Shown: positions 9,636 to 20,416 of the stretch, piece after piece | How positions within the stretch are numbered: position 1 is the stretch's first letter | How the letters are laid out: each line of letters begins with the position of its first letter | Virus record (IMG/VR): IMGVR_UViG_3300042466_000764 | Reading direction: 5' to 3' (one strand) | Length of the DNA stretch: 64,000 nucleotides | DNA from: an uncultured virus (IMG/VR IMGVR_UViG_3300042466_000764) | Taxonomy: Duplodnaviria; Heunggongvirae; Uroviricota; Caudoviricetes | The notes under the pieces: generated by a model | The model's input: only the letters and a program-made list of their open reading frames with translations | Databases searched by the model: none | What the model was told of the DNA's origin: nothing | Made by a program: the position numbers and the translations under genes

Positions 9636-10202
9636 ATGAAAGGTGAGCCAATGGATTCAGAAGATGTAAACAAACAAGCACCATGTTGGGATGGGTATGT
9701 ACAACGTGGTATGAAACCAGGAGCAAATGGTAAACCAGTTCCTAATTGTGTACCTGCAGCAAAAGCAGATGATCTTTGGGAAGATGATGACACAGTTGTT
9801 TATGAAACAGATAACTTATCAAAAGCAGAAGGTTACTCACCACCAGCAGGAGTAAGATCAGCAGCACGTAGAGCAATTAAATACAAAGAAAATGGTAAAG
9901 CAAAAGGTGCTGGTACATCAGTTGGTTGGACTCGTGCAGGTCAACTTGCTAGAGGAGAGTCAATATCTTTAAGCACAGTTAAACGTATGTACTCTTATTT
10001 TTCAAGACACGAAGTAGATAAAAAAGGTAAAGACTTTAATAATGCAACAGATCCTTCTAACGGAAAGATTATGTGGTTAGCATGGGGTGGAGATGCTGGT
10101 TTTGCATGGTCAAGAGGAATAGTTAATCGTGAAAAAGATAAAGCATTATTTGCTGATTTTGGAAAAGATTACACTAAATCAAATAGAATAATCTTGTCAT
10201 GA
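9636..10202 (+). CDS. conserved phage protein
   Basis: CWDGY..GMK...VPNCVP motif plus GT.VGW.RA.QLA...RM.SYFSRH...WGGDAG domain. Confidence 0.6.
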   Translation: MKGEPMDSEDVNKQAPCWDGYVQRGMKPGANGKPVPNCVPAAKADDLWEDDDTVVYETDNLSKAEGYSPPAGVRSAARRAIKYKENGKAKGAGTSVGWTRAGQLARGESISLSTVKRMYSYFSRHEVDKKGKDFNNATDPSNGKIMWLAWGGDAGFAWSRGIVNREKDKALFADFGKDYTKSNRIILS

Positions 10203-10441
10203 ACATATTTTATTTTTGGCATTCATTGGTTATTGGTTTATTAATGATATCCTCATTTTTTTGGGGCAGATCTTATCAGAAAGAAAAAATCAATGAGCAA
10301 TAACAGATTAAGAAAAAACAGAAAGAAAAAATACGCACACAATCAAATTCAAATAAAAGATGGTTGGATTGTTCGTGTCAGAAAAGATGGAACAATTAGA
10401 GAAAAGTTTTCAAGATACGTTGCTAACCACAAAAAAGAAAG

Positions 10442-10945
10442 TTAAACTATTTCAGTATTTCCATGAGTTAAAATTTGTCTCATTGTATTAAACACTTCTG
10501 ATTCTTGCAGAGCATTTTCAAAAAATTTTAAATCATTTAAAAATACAATGCCATGTCCTATTTCATACATTAAAGGTATATTATTATTTTTAGTATAATT
10601 TATAACATATGATAAATACTTAGCAGAATAGTCTTGACCCATAGCACTAAGAATTAAAAAATCTCTACCCTTAAAACTATATGAAGATACTATAATATTA
10701 GAATATTCTGGCTTCATCCATATTGGAACATCATCATACTTTAACCACATACATTTATATGTTTTACACGGATCGTTTGGTCTATCTTTATATATGCCAC
10801 ATTTTTTTTCAGTTAAATTTAAAAAATGACAAGGCTTTCCATTACCATATATGTGACCAAAAATATCTCCACCAACACTAGTTGTTCCATCACAACATTT
10901 TGTACACGTTCCACATTGTTTGGCCATTACCAACCACCACCACAA
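10442..10945 (-). CDS. YkgJ/FliB-like Cys-cluster protein
   Basis: CGTCTKCC...PC.FL...C.IY..RP..PC..Y.C. Confidence 0.75.
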   Translation of the reverse strand: MWWWLVMAKQCGTCTKCCDGTTSVGGDIFGHIYGNGKPCHFLNLTEKKCGIYKDRPNDPCKTYKCMWLKYDDVPIWMKPEYSNIIVSSYSFKGRDFLILSAMGQDYSAKYLSYVINYTKNNNIPLMYEIGHGIVFLNDLKFFENALQESEVFNTMRQILTHGNTEIV

Positions 10946-11160
10946 ATTTCTTTATAATGATGTTTTGTTGTCTTTCTGATAGTTTTTTTAGTAGGAGCGT
11001 ACATATCTGTAAAACAAGATGGGCATTGATAATACCATTCTTTACTAAAATAATCATATATAAAACCTTTAAGACTTTTATTTTTGTTCATCACAAATTC
11101 TTCAAAAGGATACAACACGTCATTTGGAAACATATATCTAGTATACCAGTCAGTAGTCAA
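10927..11160 (-). CDS. small zinc-binding protein
   Basis: CPSC...HY...C. Confidence 0.55.
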   Translation of the reverse strand: MTTDWYTRYMFPNDVLYPFEEFVMNKNKSLKGFIYDYFSKEWYYQCPSCFTDMYAPTKKTIRKTTKHHYKEICGGGW

Positions 11161-11168
11161 AAAGTAAA

Positions 11169-11194
11169 GAGCAGTTTCCAGACATGCTCAGGTC
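11169..11194 (-). ncRNA. H-type pseudoknot motif, copy 1
   Basis: GACCTGAGCATGTCTGGAAACTGCTC; covaries with three other copies. Confidence 0.65.
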
Positions 11195-11222
11195 CCTCTA
11201 GTTAATATAAATAACTATGAGT

Positions 11223-11636
11223 CTATTTTACCTTAATTTGTTTAGGTCTTTTATCTTCTGGTACGATTCTTTCAATCTTAACAGATAATAATCCGTCAAC
11301 CAATTCAGCATTAGTTACTTCCATATATTCACCCAATGCAAAAATGCGGGTAAATTTACGAGAACTGATTCCCTTATGGACAGTTTGAGAACCGTCAGTG
11401 CTGTCTTTCTTTTCACCTTTAATGATGAGTGAGCCGTTATCTACAGTTACCTCAATATCATCTTTGGCAAAGCCAGCAAGGGCGATATCTACCTGATATG
11501 TATCTTCGTCAATTTTAATTAGATCATATGGTGGATATCCTGTGCTGTTTGTTTGTACCTTTTTGAAACGCTCTAACTCACGGTTAAAGCCAACAAAAAA
11601 AGGATCTTGAAAAAGATCCAACATAGATGTTACCAT
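11223..11636 (-). CDS. small heat-shock protein (Hsp20/IbpA family)
   Basis: YPPYDLIK...IALAGF...HKGISSRKF.R.F.L...A.L.DGLL. Confidence 0.95.
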   Translation of the reverse strand: MVTSMLDLFQDPFFVGFNRELERFKKVQTNSTGYPPYDLIKIDEDTYQVDIALAGFAKDDIEVTVDNGSLIIKGEKKDSTDGSQTVHKGISSRKFTRIFALGEYMEVTNAELVDGLLSVKIERIVPEDKRPKQIKVK

Positions 11637-11691
11637 TTATTTCTCCTTTTCAGCGAGTTATTTTTGTCCCTCCTAAGAGCAGACAATATAA

Positions 11692-12336
11692 TTATATCAT
11701 ATCGCTATCTGACATTAACATGTCTCTAATGCCTTCAGGAGTCCCACAATCTATATACTCTCCATCTATTACACAGGTAGAGTGGGAAAACTTATCTATA
11801 AGGGTTGGCAAGCATATACCAGGATGAGATGTGTTTGGATCTAAACTATTGATTGCATCTTTAGAAAGTTTCATTGCACCCCATACAAAAGGATAATCAC
11901 ACATAGGGTTTTTATCAGACATGTTTATAATTTTGTTATCTTTAATATTTACTTGACCTACTCGACCACGAAGGTTTGTAGGACATTTCCATAATGCAAC
12001 TCCAATATCATCATTAATTTTTGATAATTCTTTATATGGGTTTTCTCCTTTATAAAATGTATCAGGCATGCCAATAATACTATCTGAAGTTCCCAATACT
12101 TTTACTGCATGGTTCATTGTAGATGACTCTAGTTCTATCAACTCTATGTTGGGACATAATGTTTCTATTAACCTAAACCAATCTTTGGTTGTACAAATTT
12201 TTATACTATCAACATGATCACGCATCATTCTTACATGTCTTTGTATAAGGGTTTCATTATTCATTGTTGGTATTGCAAATTTAGGTATTCCTTTTAATCT
12301 TTCTGCTTTTCCAGATGCTGGTAATATACCTATCAT
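11692..12336 (-). CDS. sugar nucleotidyltransferase
   Basis: GILPASGKAERL.GIPKF; GMPDT; YIDCGTP. Confidence 0.8.
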   Translation of the reverse strand: MIGILPASGKAERLKGIPKFAIPTMNNETLIQRHVRMMRDHVDSIKICTTKDWFRLIETLCPNIELIELESSTMNHAVKVLGTSDSIIGMPDTFYKGENPYKELSKINDDIGVALWKCPTNLRGRVGQVNIKDNKIINMSDKNPMCDYPFVWGAMKLSKDAINSLDPNTSHPGICLPTLIDKFSHSTCVIDGEYIDCGTPEGIRDMLMSDSDMI

Positions 12337-12965
12337 ATATTTAATTCCTGTCTTAGTTTAATTATCTTGTTCCATTCATCTTCTCCAGCAGATGCACCCA
12401 AAGAACTATCACTAACATTCGACAATACTGTAATTTCTCCCCAATGTTTTACTTTTATATTTTCTTTGTAAGCCAACAAAAAGAAGGCCCAATCAGCAAG
12501 AATATAGTCTGGAAAACCTTTAACTTTTTTCCATAAAGATTTTTTAAATGGACTGGTATGACAAACTCTGTGATCTTCCATTTTTTTTGTTAGTGAACTC
12601 CAGTCTCCAATGTGAACGTCACCTTTGGTAGTTCTTCTTGATGTCAAGACTACATCTATATCTTTTTCTACAAAATTAACAAAATCTAAAGCGTTAGGAA
12701 GCATCATGTCATCAAGTGGGCACTGAATTATCCAATCTGAGTTGGCTTGTTCTATAGCCGCATTTAACATTTTAGAATATGATCTTTCATAACATTTTAC
12801 TAATTTAACATCTAAATTCTCTACTCCAGTATCATCATCTGGATGGTATGCAATTATTATTTCGTCTGGTTTAATCTTAAGAGACTGAACGTGATCGTAC
12901 CAAGATGGCACAAAGTGCTTATACTTGTTGCCCCAAGCAATTGATATTACGGCTACCTTATTCAC
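12333..12965 (-). CDS. glycosyltransferase family 2-like
   Basis: N.AIE.A..DWI...LDD; DW.F motif. Confidence 0.7.
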   Translation of the reverse strand: MNKVAVISIAWGNKYKHFVPSWYDHVQSLKIKPDEIIIAYHPDDDTGVENLDVKLVKCYERSYSKMLNAAIEQANSDWIIQCPLDDMMLPNALDFVNFVEKDIDVVLTSRRTTKGDVHIGDWSSLTKKMEDHRVCHTSPFKKSLWKKVKGFPDYILADWAFFLLAYKENIKVKHWGEITVLSNVSDSSLGASAGEDEWNKIIKLRQELNI

Positions 12966-13024
12966 AAAAATCCTTTATCCCATTGTATCACGAGTGCTAT
13001 AATAGTATTAATAGAAAAGGATAT

Positions 13025-13630
13025 ATGGACTTTCGTAATGAAAATAAAAGATTTGATTATATACATTCATCTAAACTAACTAAGGCAAGACTGTTTGCTG
13101 ATAGATTTGATGATAATGTTTTATCTATTTTACCAAATGAAGGCTCTTATTTAGAACTAGGAGCAGGTGGTGGAGACTATTCTAAATGGTTGCTAGATAG
13201 AAAAAAATTTAATGTTTCATATTTGTTAGATTTTTTTAATGAGCCATGTGCTAGATACGGTAGGTGGACTGCAGAAAATCATGAACAATATGTAAAAAAC
13301 TTGCTTAAAGATAAAAATGTTATGACCGTGGCTGGCAACATAGATAGCACAATAAAAACATTAGATCAAAAATTTGATTACATATATGTTGATGCTGCTC
13401 ATGATTATGAATCAGTATATAGTTATTTAGTTGAGTCTAATAAGATAATTAATGATGGTGGAGTAATAGGAATTAACGATTATACATTTTGGGGATGGTT
13501 TGAGCAACAAGAATATGAGTGTGTAGAGGCTGTAAATAAATTTTTAAACACTCATTCAGATTGGTCTGTTGTTGGTTATGCCCTGGGATATTGCGGGTAT
13601 TCTGACATATACATAAAAAAAGATGCATGA
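13025..13630 (+). CDS. class I SAM methyltransferase (Methyltransf_24-like)
   Basis: LELGAGGGDYS; FDYIYVDAAHDYE; GG.I..NDY; start moved to the ATG after an AAAGGA RBS. Confidence 0.85.
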   Translation: MDFRNENKRFDYIHSSKLTKARLFADRFDDNVLSILPNEGSYLELGAGGGDYSKWLLDRKKFNVSYLLDFFNEPCARYGRWTAENHEQYVKNLLKDKNVMTVAGNIDSTIKTLDQKFDYIYVDAAHDYESVYSYLVESNKIINDGGVIGINDYTFWGWFEQQEYECVEAVNKFLNTHSDWSVVGYALGYCGYSDIYIKKDA

Positions 13631-13660
13631 TATAATTAATACTAAGAGAAAGGTGTAAGG

Positions 13661-14377
13661 TTGGATCCCATTAAATTGGCTAATGCCAAATTAAATATAA
13701 CACAAAGTCGTAAAGGCAATAACTTTCAACACGAACAACCAGCACCAGGAATACACATATATAACGAGGTTTGGCCAGAAGGACTAGACTATATTAAAAA
13801 ACTTGATGAAGATGGCAGTTTTATTAGAGAAGATTATATTCATGATTCAGAAGGAAATCAGATCCCCAAAGAGGTTGGTAAAAAAGGTGTAAGTACTTGG
13901 ATTACCTTTGAAGAACCTGAAAAAGATTTAGAACTATGCAAGGTTTTTGAAGAAGTTATTGATTCATATTTGTGGCACTATGATCTAGACCCACAAAGTA
14001 GGGAATACTGGAGAATAAGTAAATACACTGAAGGTGATTATTTTGGTATGCATCCAGATGATTCATACGGAACACCAAGAACTGTTGCAATGGTATATTA
14101 TCCAAACGATGATTATGCTGGTGGAGAATTAGAATTTATAAACTTTGGAATAAAAATTAAACCAAAAGCAAGACAATTATTTATGTTTCCAGCATCATAC
14201 ATATATGAACATAAAATACATGACATAGGTTCAGGTAATCCAAGATATACAATAGTAGCATTTTTCTCTAACATAACCCAAAGAGAGTTAGATACAAGAT
14301 TAGAAAAAATACCTTTTCCATATAAAGCAAACTTGCAATACATAAAAGATCTTAACAAAGACTATCACACTAAATGA
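13661..14377 (+). CDS. 2OG-Fe(II) oxygenase
   Basis: HPDD...Y.NDDYAGGEL.F...FPASYIYEH...RY. Confidence 0.9.
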   Translation: MDPIKLANAKLNITQSRKGNNFQHEQPAPGIHIYNEVWPEGLDYIKKLDEDGSFIREDYIHDSEGNQIPKEVGKKGVSTWITFEEPEKDLELCKVFEEVIDSYLWHYDLDPQSREYWRISKYTEGDYFGMHPDDSYGTPRTVAMVYYPNDDYAGGELEFINFGIKIKPKARQLFMFPASYIYEHKIHDIGSGNPRYTIVAFFSNITQRELDTRLEKIPFPYKANLQYIKDLNKDYHTK

Positions 14378-14982
14378 ACTCTTTTGTAGATGTTTTAGGT
14401 AATGATATAAGTTTAATTAAAACTAAAGAAAACTTTATGGATGTTGACGACTATAACATTATGTTAAAGTTTTTAGATTGGGTATCAGCAGCACAACCAC
14501 AAGATGGTCAACATATTCAAGAAGAAATAGATAAAGTTATTACTCCAGAGATTATTGAAATACAAAATAAATACAATAAAAAAATAATTGAGACAGCAAC
14601 AGAACTATATGGTATGGAATTTGTTGATGATAATACCCATATGCTTGCTGCAACAATAGCAACCCCAGGAGCAATTACTCCTGTTCATACTGATATTATT
14701 GAAGGACTTGACAGGCAGAAGCCAAAAGAAGAAGAGTTACATGATTGGAAAAATGCTTGGGATGGATACTTGTCCTGTAATATATATATTAATGATGATT
14801 ATTCTGGTGGTCAAGTATATTTCCCTGAAAGAAATTATGAATTTAAACCAAAGGCCAACTCTTTAGTTATGTGGGCTGGTAACAAAAACTTTATTCATGG
14901 TGTTAAAGATCCAATAGATGGTAATAGATACAATGTTTATAGATCAATAAAGTTTAAAGATTTTGATAAGTATACTATCTAG
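14374..14982 (+). CDS. 2OG-Fe(II) oxygenase
   Basis: HTD...NDDYSGG..YF...HGV...RY; paralog of 17205..17843. Confidence 0.88.
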   Translation: MNSFVDVLGNDISLIKTKENFMDVDDYNIMLKFLDWVSAAQPQDGQHIQEEIDKVITPEIIEIQNKYNKKIIETATELYGMEFVDDNTHMLAATIATPGAITPVHTDIIEGLDRQKPKEEELHDWKNAWDGYLSCNIYINDDYSGGQVYFPERNYEFKPKANSLVMWAGNKNFIHGVKDPIDGNRYNVYRSIKFKDFDKYTI

Positions 14983-15688
14983 TAACAAAATCACTAATTA
15001 CAAGCATTATCTTAGGATATTCTTTTAAGTGTTTAAGTTTTTCACTATTTAAAATATCCTCTACATACTCAGTAACAAACATTTCTTCATTTGTGGTCAT
15101 GTCAATACAGAGTGTAACTTTTTTAGTTTTACCATTAGTAAATTTAAACTTTTCATCTAATAACTTTAAGACACCGTCTAGTTTATAATGCCATATTGGT
15201 ATTACTAAAGGAGTATCTTGATCTTTAAAGTATTCAATAGTTTTTTCTGGATATTCCATATTACAAGATATAAAACAATCTCCATTAGTTATTCCACTTG
15301 CAACAAACGCTGTGGCAAAAGCACTTGGTCCAGGATATACTGTGTAAAGTAAATTATTTTCTATGCATGCTTGGATAAATTGAGGTCCAGGATCTGCCAT
15401 TCCTATTTGACCTTCTCCAGCAACTAATAGAACTGTTCTTCCTTCTTTTATAAAATCAATGCATTCTTTTATTTGATATTCGTCTGCAAACATTGTGTTA
15501 GTGCTTTTTAATATTCTTATATCACATTCGCCTGCCTGAATTTTGTAAAAATCTAATATAGCATATAAATTGTCTGGCATGTAATCAGTGTATATAATTT
15601 GACTATCACGAAGAGCATCAATCATTCTTTGACTTAAATCTTGGTTGTGACCTATAGGCATTGAGCCTACAATTAATTTGCCAGACAT
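14975..15688 (-). CDS. RsmI-like tetrapyrrole-methylase-family SAM methyltransferase
   Basis: GKL.V..MPIG..DLS.R; G...DPG; PGPSA...A. Confidence 0.75.
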   Translation of the reverse strand: MSGKLIVGSMPIGHNQDLSQRMIDALRDSQIIYTDYMPDNLYAILDFYKIQAGECDIRILKSTNTMFADEYQIKECIDFIKEGRTVLLVAGEGQIGMADPGPQFIQACIENNLLYTVYPGPSAFATAFVASGITNGDCFISCNMEYPEKTIEYFKDQDTPLVIPIWHYKLDGVLKLLDEKFKFTNGKTKKVTLCIDMTTNEEMFVTEYVEDILNSEKLKHLKEYPKIMLVISDFVTR

Positions 15689-15703
15689 TTTATCATTCCT
15701 TTT

Positions 15704-16093
15704 CTATTTATCTAATATTACTTGTGGATCTAAATCTTTACCAGCAGACCAACGAATATTGTCTCTCATTTCAAAATGTAAGTGTGGACCAGAAGAGTTT
15801 CCTGTGTTTCCACTTAATCCTATTTGTTGTCCTTTAGTTACTTTATCTCCTGCTTTTACATCTAGTTTAGAAAGATGTGCATAGATTACCCATCCGCCTT
15901 CAACTTTTTGTACTGCTTGAGTTCCATATGATTTTCCCCAGTTTGCTGGTTCAATTTTTCCATCTGCAACTGCAATTACTGGTGTACCTGTCTTAACTGC
16001 AAAGTCGACCCCAGTATGATACCCTTTTGACCACATCTTGCCTAACTTTTTGTAAGCGGTAGTAATCTTTCCATCTTTGATTGGTAATCCCAT
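15704..16093 (-). CDS. M23 peptidase (probable endolysin component)
   Basis: HTGVDF...YAHLS...GNTGNSSGPHLHFE. Confidence 0.95.
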   Translation of the reverse strand: MGLPIKDGKITTAYKKLGKMWSKGYHTGVDFAVKTGTPVIAVADGKIEPANWGKSYGTQAVQKVEGGWVIYAHLSKLDVKAGDKVTKGQQIGLSGNTGNSSGPHLHFEMRDNIRWSAGKDLDPQVILDK

Positions 16094-16479
16094 TATAATA
16101 TCATTCCTTTGAATTGTCTTATTTCAGAAACAATGTCTGTTGATCCATTGTGATAAACCATACACGAAATTGGTGTGCTTGGATTAGCATTAAAGTACCA
16201 TGAAAGTGTAAACTGTACAGATTCAATGTCGGCAGGAATAGCGTATGTATTTGTTCCAGTGGTATCGTTTTTACCTTTATAGTCTCTTGAGTAATTCATT
16301 TTTACATATGTTGGTCTACCTGTTTTAGGTAGAGTCAAGTGTAGTTGTGCTTCCCAAAAGCATTTACCTTCTTGCGTTGGAACAATTGCATCTTTTCCAT
16401 TAAGAACCATAGGCTGCCATTTTTTAGGCTTAAATGATTGCTTTACCTTGTCATCTTTTTCTTGAATATACATTCCCAT
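16093..16479 (-). CDS. hypothetical protein coupled to the M23 gene
   Basis: Stop codon overlaps the M23 start. Confidence 0.65.
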   Translation of the reverse strand: MGMYIQEKDDKVKQSFKPKKWQPMVLNGKDAIVPTQEGKCFWEAQLHLTLPKTGRPTYVKMNYSRDYKGKNDTTGTNTYAIPADIESVQFTLSWYFNANPSTPISCMVYHNGSTDIVSEIRQFKGMIL

Positions 16480-16530
16480 TTATTGTCTCTTCCTGGATAG
16501 CGTACTATCCAATACAATTATATCCTAGTT

Positions 16531-16824
16531 TTACCATTTAAAATTACAGCATTGGCATTCATGCGTAAACTGTAATTCTTGGTATAGTTCTGGATTAATA
16601 CATCTGTTGCAGAAATAGGAGATATCTAGTTTGTTTGTTTCTCCTGAGTTCGGATCACTTTGGTATGCTACATTTTCAGTAACTACTGTTGAGCCTTTGT
16701 CTGCTGATTGTTTTACGTGCCAAACATAGTTTCCAAAATCTCTGATTACAAAGTCTCTTCTTGTTTGACCATCATTGTTTTCATACCATTCGCTGATATG
16801 TGCTACTCCTTGTTCAAATGACAT
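16531..16824 (-). CDS. hypothetical Cys-rich protein
   Basis: CNRC...C.CC; AAAGG RBS. Confidence 0.6.
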   Translation of the reverse strand: MSFEQGVAHISEWYENNDGQTRRDFVIRDFGNYVWHVKQSADKGSTVVTENVAYQSDPNSGETNKLDISYFCNRCINPELYQELQFTHECQCCNFKW

Positions 16825-16877
16825 AGAGTACCTTTCTCTTAGGATTTAAGTATACCATAGTGCGATATAATCTATAT

Positions 16878-17210
16878 ATGCATAGAGGTCCAGCCCTTTT
16901 ATATTTGATTTACCACGAAAAATTCGGGGCATTTAAGGTAGGAATAAACGACATAGGTAATACTAGATACCCTACCCATAGATCAAATGGTTGGAAAATA
17001 GTCGAGTATTGGTATTTTGATAGCATAACGATAGCACGTAAGGTAGAAAGAATAGTCTTATCTAAGATGAAGAGTAAAACAAAAAGTGAAGGTTTTGTAA
17101 GTAAAGAGGATATGCCTCAAGGTGGCTATACTGAAACTTTTGATGCTGATAAAATAACATCAAGAGGGGTTAAGATTATTATTAATAGAGTTATTAAAAA
17201 TTTATTATAA
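16878..17210 (+). CDS. GIY-YIG/T5orf172-like protein
   Basis: LYLI...FKVGI...R...H...E..V...GYTETF; leaderless ATG 16878. Confidence 0.6.
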   Translation: MHRGPALLYLIYHEKFGAFKVGINDIGNTRYPTHRSNGWKIVEYWYFDSITIARKVERIVLSKMKSKTKSEGFVSKEDMPQGGYTETFDADKITSRGVKIIINRVIKNLL

Positions 17211-17843
17211 ATCTTTTTGCTTAGGATTATATTTATCATACTCTGCAAATTTCATAAAAATACCATACACATATCTGCTGGTTATTTTTGTTTTCTTAAT
17301 ACCATGAATAAAATATTTGTTGCCAGGCCACATAATTAGTGAGTTTGCTTTAGGTTTGATTGTTAGGTATTCTCTTTCAGGAAAATATATTTGCCCTCCA
17401 CTATAATCATCATTTAAGTATAGGTTGCATGCCAAATATCCATCCCAAGCATCTCTCCAGTTTAAATAGACTGGTTCTTTAAATCCAGGCTCCTGAAATC
17501 CAGGAGAATCTTCTATGATGTCCACATGTGCATCTGTAAAAGAGTTTACTTTATGAATATTTAATCCAAAGTTAAACGTTTCTTTTAAAAAGTCTTGTTT
17601 ATATACTTCTTTGGCAACATCAAATATTTTATTATTTAACTTTTCACCAAACTTTCTAAAATCACTTAACGAAGCATCATCTAAATGATTATTAGCGGCA
17701 ACATGTAATTGACTTCCACTAAATCTTGATTCTGCTTTTTTAGCAACTTCTATTAAATATTCAAGATCTTCTTTATCTAAAAAATCATATACATATTTTA
17801 TGTTCTCTATATCATCGCCTAAAATATCAATAAAACTAGACAT
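17205..17843 (-). CDS. 2OG-Fe(II) oxygenase
   Basis: HVD...AWDGYLACNLYLNDDYSGG...HGI...RY. Confidence 0.88.
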   Translation of the reverse strand: MSSFIDILGDDIENIKYVYDFLDKEDLEYLIEVAKKAESRFSGSQLHVAANNHLDDASLSDFRKFGEKLNNKIFDVAKEVYKQDFLKETFNFGLNIHKVNSFTDAHVDIIEDSPGFQEPGFKEPVYLNWRDAWDGYLACNLYLNDDYSGGQIYFPEREYLTIKPKANSLIMWPGNKYFIHGIKKTKITSRYVYGIFMKFAEYDKYNPKQKDL

Positions 17844-18066
17844 TATCCCTACCCTCTATCTGTTCGTTTTTATAAGAATCCCAATATGGTATGTTGTTCT
17901 TGTCATAATCAGATCCTAGTTTATTTAAGATATCATCATTTTCTTTTACATATCTTTTAATATATGATGCAAAGTCTTCATCTGCCATGTCTTTGGTCAC
18001 CCTGTTTTGACGTAGATAGTCTTGTATTTCTTCAGGAGTCATGTCTGGTCTATGCCACGCTATCAT
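17836..18066 (-). CDS. hypothetical protein
   Basis: ORF in a minus-strand operon. Confidence 0.55.
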   Translation of the reverse strand: MIAWHRPDMTPEEIQDYLRQNRVTKDMADEDFASYIKRYVKENDDILNKLGSDYDKNNIPYWDSYKNEQIEGRDNV

Positions 18067-18337
18067 TTTTTGCTTCTTCCAAATATTTTTTAAATAGTTC
18101 TAATAGTTTTATTGTATGCTTGTCATAATCTAGTTCTATAGCACTATTGTTTGCATCAATTTTATGTATCTTTACGGTTTGTCCTACTTCTAATAATATG
18201 TTTTTGATATCTTTTTCTAAACTCATTTATTTACACACCAAATTTTAAAATCACCATAGTTATATGCATCTGGAATAGTTTGATGTTTTTCCCAAAATAT
18301 ATCATAAGTGTTGTCAGTTAATTCTTCTTTACATTTC

Positions 18338-18535
18338 TCACATGTAATCATCTTCTGCTCCTGGTAAATCTAGTGGAGTTGGTGCTGTTAATAGTGTTCC
18401 GCATACAGCACACTCAGCATCGCCTAAGAAATATAAATCAATTTCATATGTTTCAGGATCAAACTTAACAGTTAGTTTAAGCAATGTTGATGCACAACTT
18501 GGACATTGTGGAGTTGGTATACCTCTAGCATCCAT
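18338..18535 (-). CDS. small zinc-finger protein
   Basis: CPSC...CAVCG.LLTAPTP. Confidence 0.65.
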   Translation of the reverse strand: MDARGIPTPQCPSCASTLLKLTVKFDPETYEIDLYFLGDAECAVCGTLLTAPTPLDLPGAEDDYM

Positions 18536-19386
18536 TATATATGTGCCCTTTGTGGATTATTTCCCTCAACAACAATCGTCATTTGCAACATCCATTCAGG
18601 AGTTTGTCTAGGTCTGTTGTAGCCATTTTGTAATAACCAAGATATTACTTCTTTTATTGTTCCTCTAACTATGTTTTGATCATTTTTTGTCATATTAAAA
18701 CATACTGCTATCTTTCTTTCTTCACCAATAACGTCAGACAGATTTGTTAGATTTTCAATAAGATGATTATCTAGATCAAAATATATGTGTGTCTTGTTAT
18801 CATTTAGCATTTGATTAAATATTAATTGACGCTTTGAAGTATCATGTGGCATTGATCCTATAAATGTAAAGTCCCAAGCATTTAGTCCAGAAACGTTTAA
18901 TGCTGTCACTGGGGCATCAGGTCCAGGAAAGATAGAAACTGGTATGTTACGTTCAATTGCACCTTTAACTATAAAATCACAAGGATCCATAATAAGTGGC
19001 ATACCTTGATCAGCAATCATTACTGCATTTAAACCAAGTTCAATCTCATCATAAAGCCATTGTAAATTTTCAATGCCTTCATCTTCTTTATCAGAAAAGT
19101 CTTTATAGGGGCAGACAACACCTTTAGGTGTTATTCCTAAAGTAGTACACAATTTTTCAAAACTATCTGCATGTTCACAAACAATATAGTTTGCAGTTAA
19201 AATAGCATCTAAAACTCTGGGGGTAATGTCAAAAGGATTACCAATTTCAGTACCAAGCAATACTAATCTACCTTGCTTTCTACCTTGCTCTTCATGTCTT
19301 AAAGTAAATCCGCAAATGATGCACTTGGTATAAGTTAACATGTCGTACATGTCGTGTTTAACACATGCTACAAAGTCAGACATCAT
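18535..19386 (-). CDS. rsmI: RsmI-like 16S rRNA methyltransferase with N-terminal Cys/His extension
   Basis: GRLVLLGTEIGN..DITPR....L; DQGMPLIMDP; PGPDA..TAL..SG; ..TK......RGT. Confidence 0.8.
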   Translation of the reverse strand: MMSDFVACVKHDMYDMLTYTKCIICGFTLRHEEQGRKQGRLVLLGTEIGNPFDITPRVLDAILTANYIVCEHADSFEKLCTTLGITPKGVVCPYKDFSDKEDEGIENLQWLYDEIELGLNAVMIADQGMPLIMDPCDFIVKGAIERNIPVSIFPGPDAPVTALNVSGLNAWDFTFIGSMPHDTSKRQLIFNQMLNDNKTHIYFDLDNHLIENLTNLSDVIGEERKIAVCFNMTKNDQNIVRGTIKEVISWLLQNGYNRPRQTPEWMLQMTIVVEGNNPQRAHI

Positions 19387-19863
19387 TCATCATCCTGTAT
19401 TAAATAATCTATATATGCTTGCATAGAACAAATAAGGGCATCTGTTGACTGCATATAACTCTTCATGGCAGGGCTTAGTTGTTCGTTTTTTAAATCTTTT
19501 TCAGCCAAACGCATTGTTTCTATAAGTTCGTATGTCTCATTCATCGATTTCTCCATAAAATCTCTCTACATCTATTATCTCATACTTTCCTTCTTTAGCA
19601 TAAAACTCTGCTTCAAAGTCTGAGAACTCTGGCATTATCTTTTATTTGCTCTAAATAATATAAAGGAAAACAAAATACCTGTGGATATACCCATCATATA
19701 GTAAAATAGAATCCATTCGTAAGGTTCTTTCATCTGTATCTCCCACATTTCTTACATAGTTTATGCCAGTATACGTGCTTTCCAGCGGGGCATCCAGCAA
19801 AAGACGGATCATAATGCCACATATATAATACAAAGCCTACTATTAAAGATATAAGCCTTTTCA

Positions 19864-20085
19864 TTAAATATCACCTTCAAACATTTGTTGTCGTTTATGT
19901 TTAGATTCTTTTTTTATTTTTTTGGCATTTATTGGTTTGACGTTATTTTTAATAATTTTTTTGGTTCCGTCTGGTTTAATTACAGTAACGTCACTAGCCA
20001 TTGCGGCCCACTTCATTTCCTGTCGTGCATTAATTAGGTCCCAATCCGCTTTTGAATAGGACAACCTATGTGTTTTATCTGTCAT
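19864..20085 (-). CDS. hypothetical basic protein
   Basis: ORF with an upstream minus-strand TTGACA promoter. Confidence 0.55.
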   Translation of the reverse strand: MTDKTHRLSYSKADWDLINARQEMKWAAMASDVTVIKPDGTKKIIKNNVKPINAKKIKKESKHKRQQMFEGDI

Positions 20086-20416
20086 GTATCTAGCATATCA
20101 TATGTGCGACGGTTTGTCAAAGTTTGGCGAAAAAAAACAATATATTATCTCATGCGGTATAATGTATTGTATATAATATAGGCTTAGGGGCAAATATGGA
20201 AGTACTTTGGTTTTTTGTTGGATTAATTGTAGGACTAGCATTAGATTTTGTTTTAGTTCTACATATGCTTAAACCGTTAAAAAAAGAAATGTCTTATTTA
20301 AAAAATAAATTATATCAAGGCGTAGAGTTCGGCGAAAAGTAGAAGTATTATACCTACCTATGCTGCTTTCGCAGCAATAACGGTAAGATTATTCTCTCTG
20401 CTGGTATAATTGACAA

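Noticed and set aside
11169..11194. Hammerhead or HDV/theta ribozyme identity for the pseudoknot
   Set aside because: CTGA and GAAA are not conserved across copies, the three-stem or nested double-pseudoknot topology is absent, and the tRNA-linked copy is 5' rather than 3' of the tRNA
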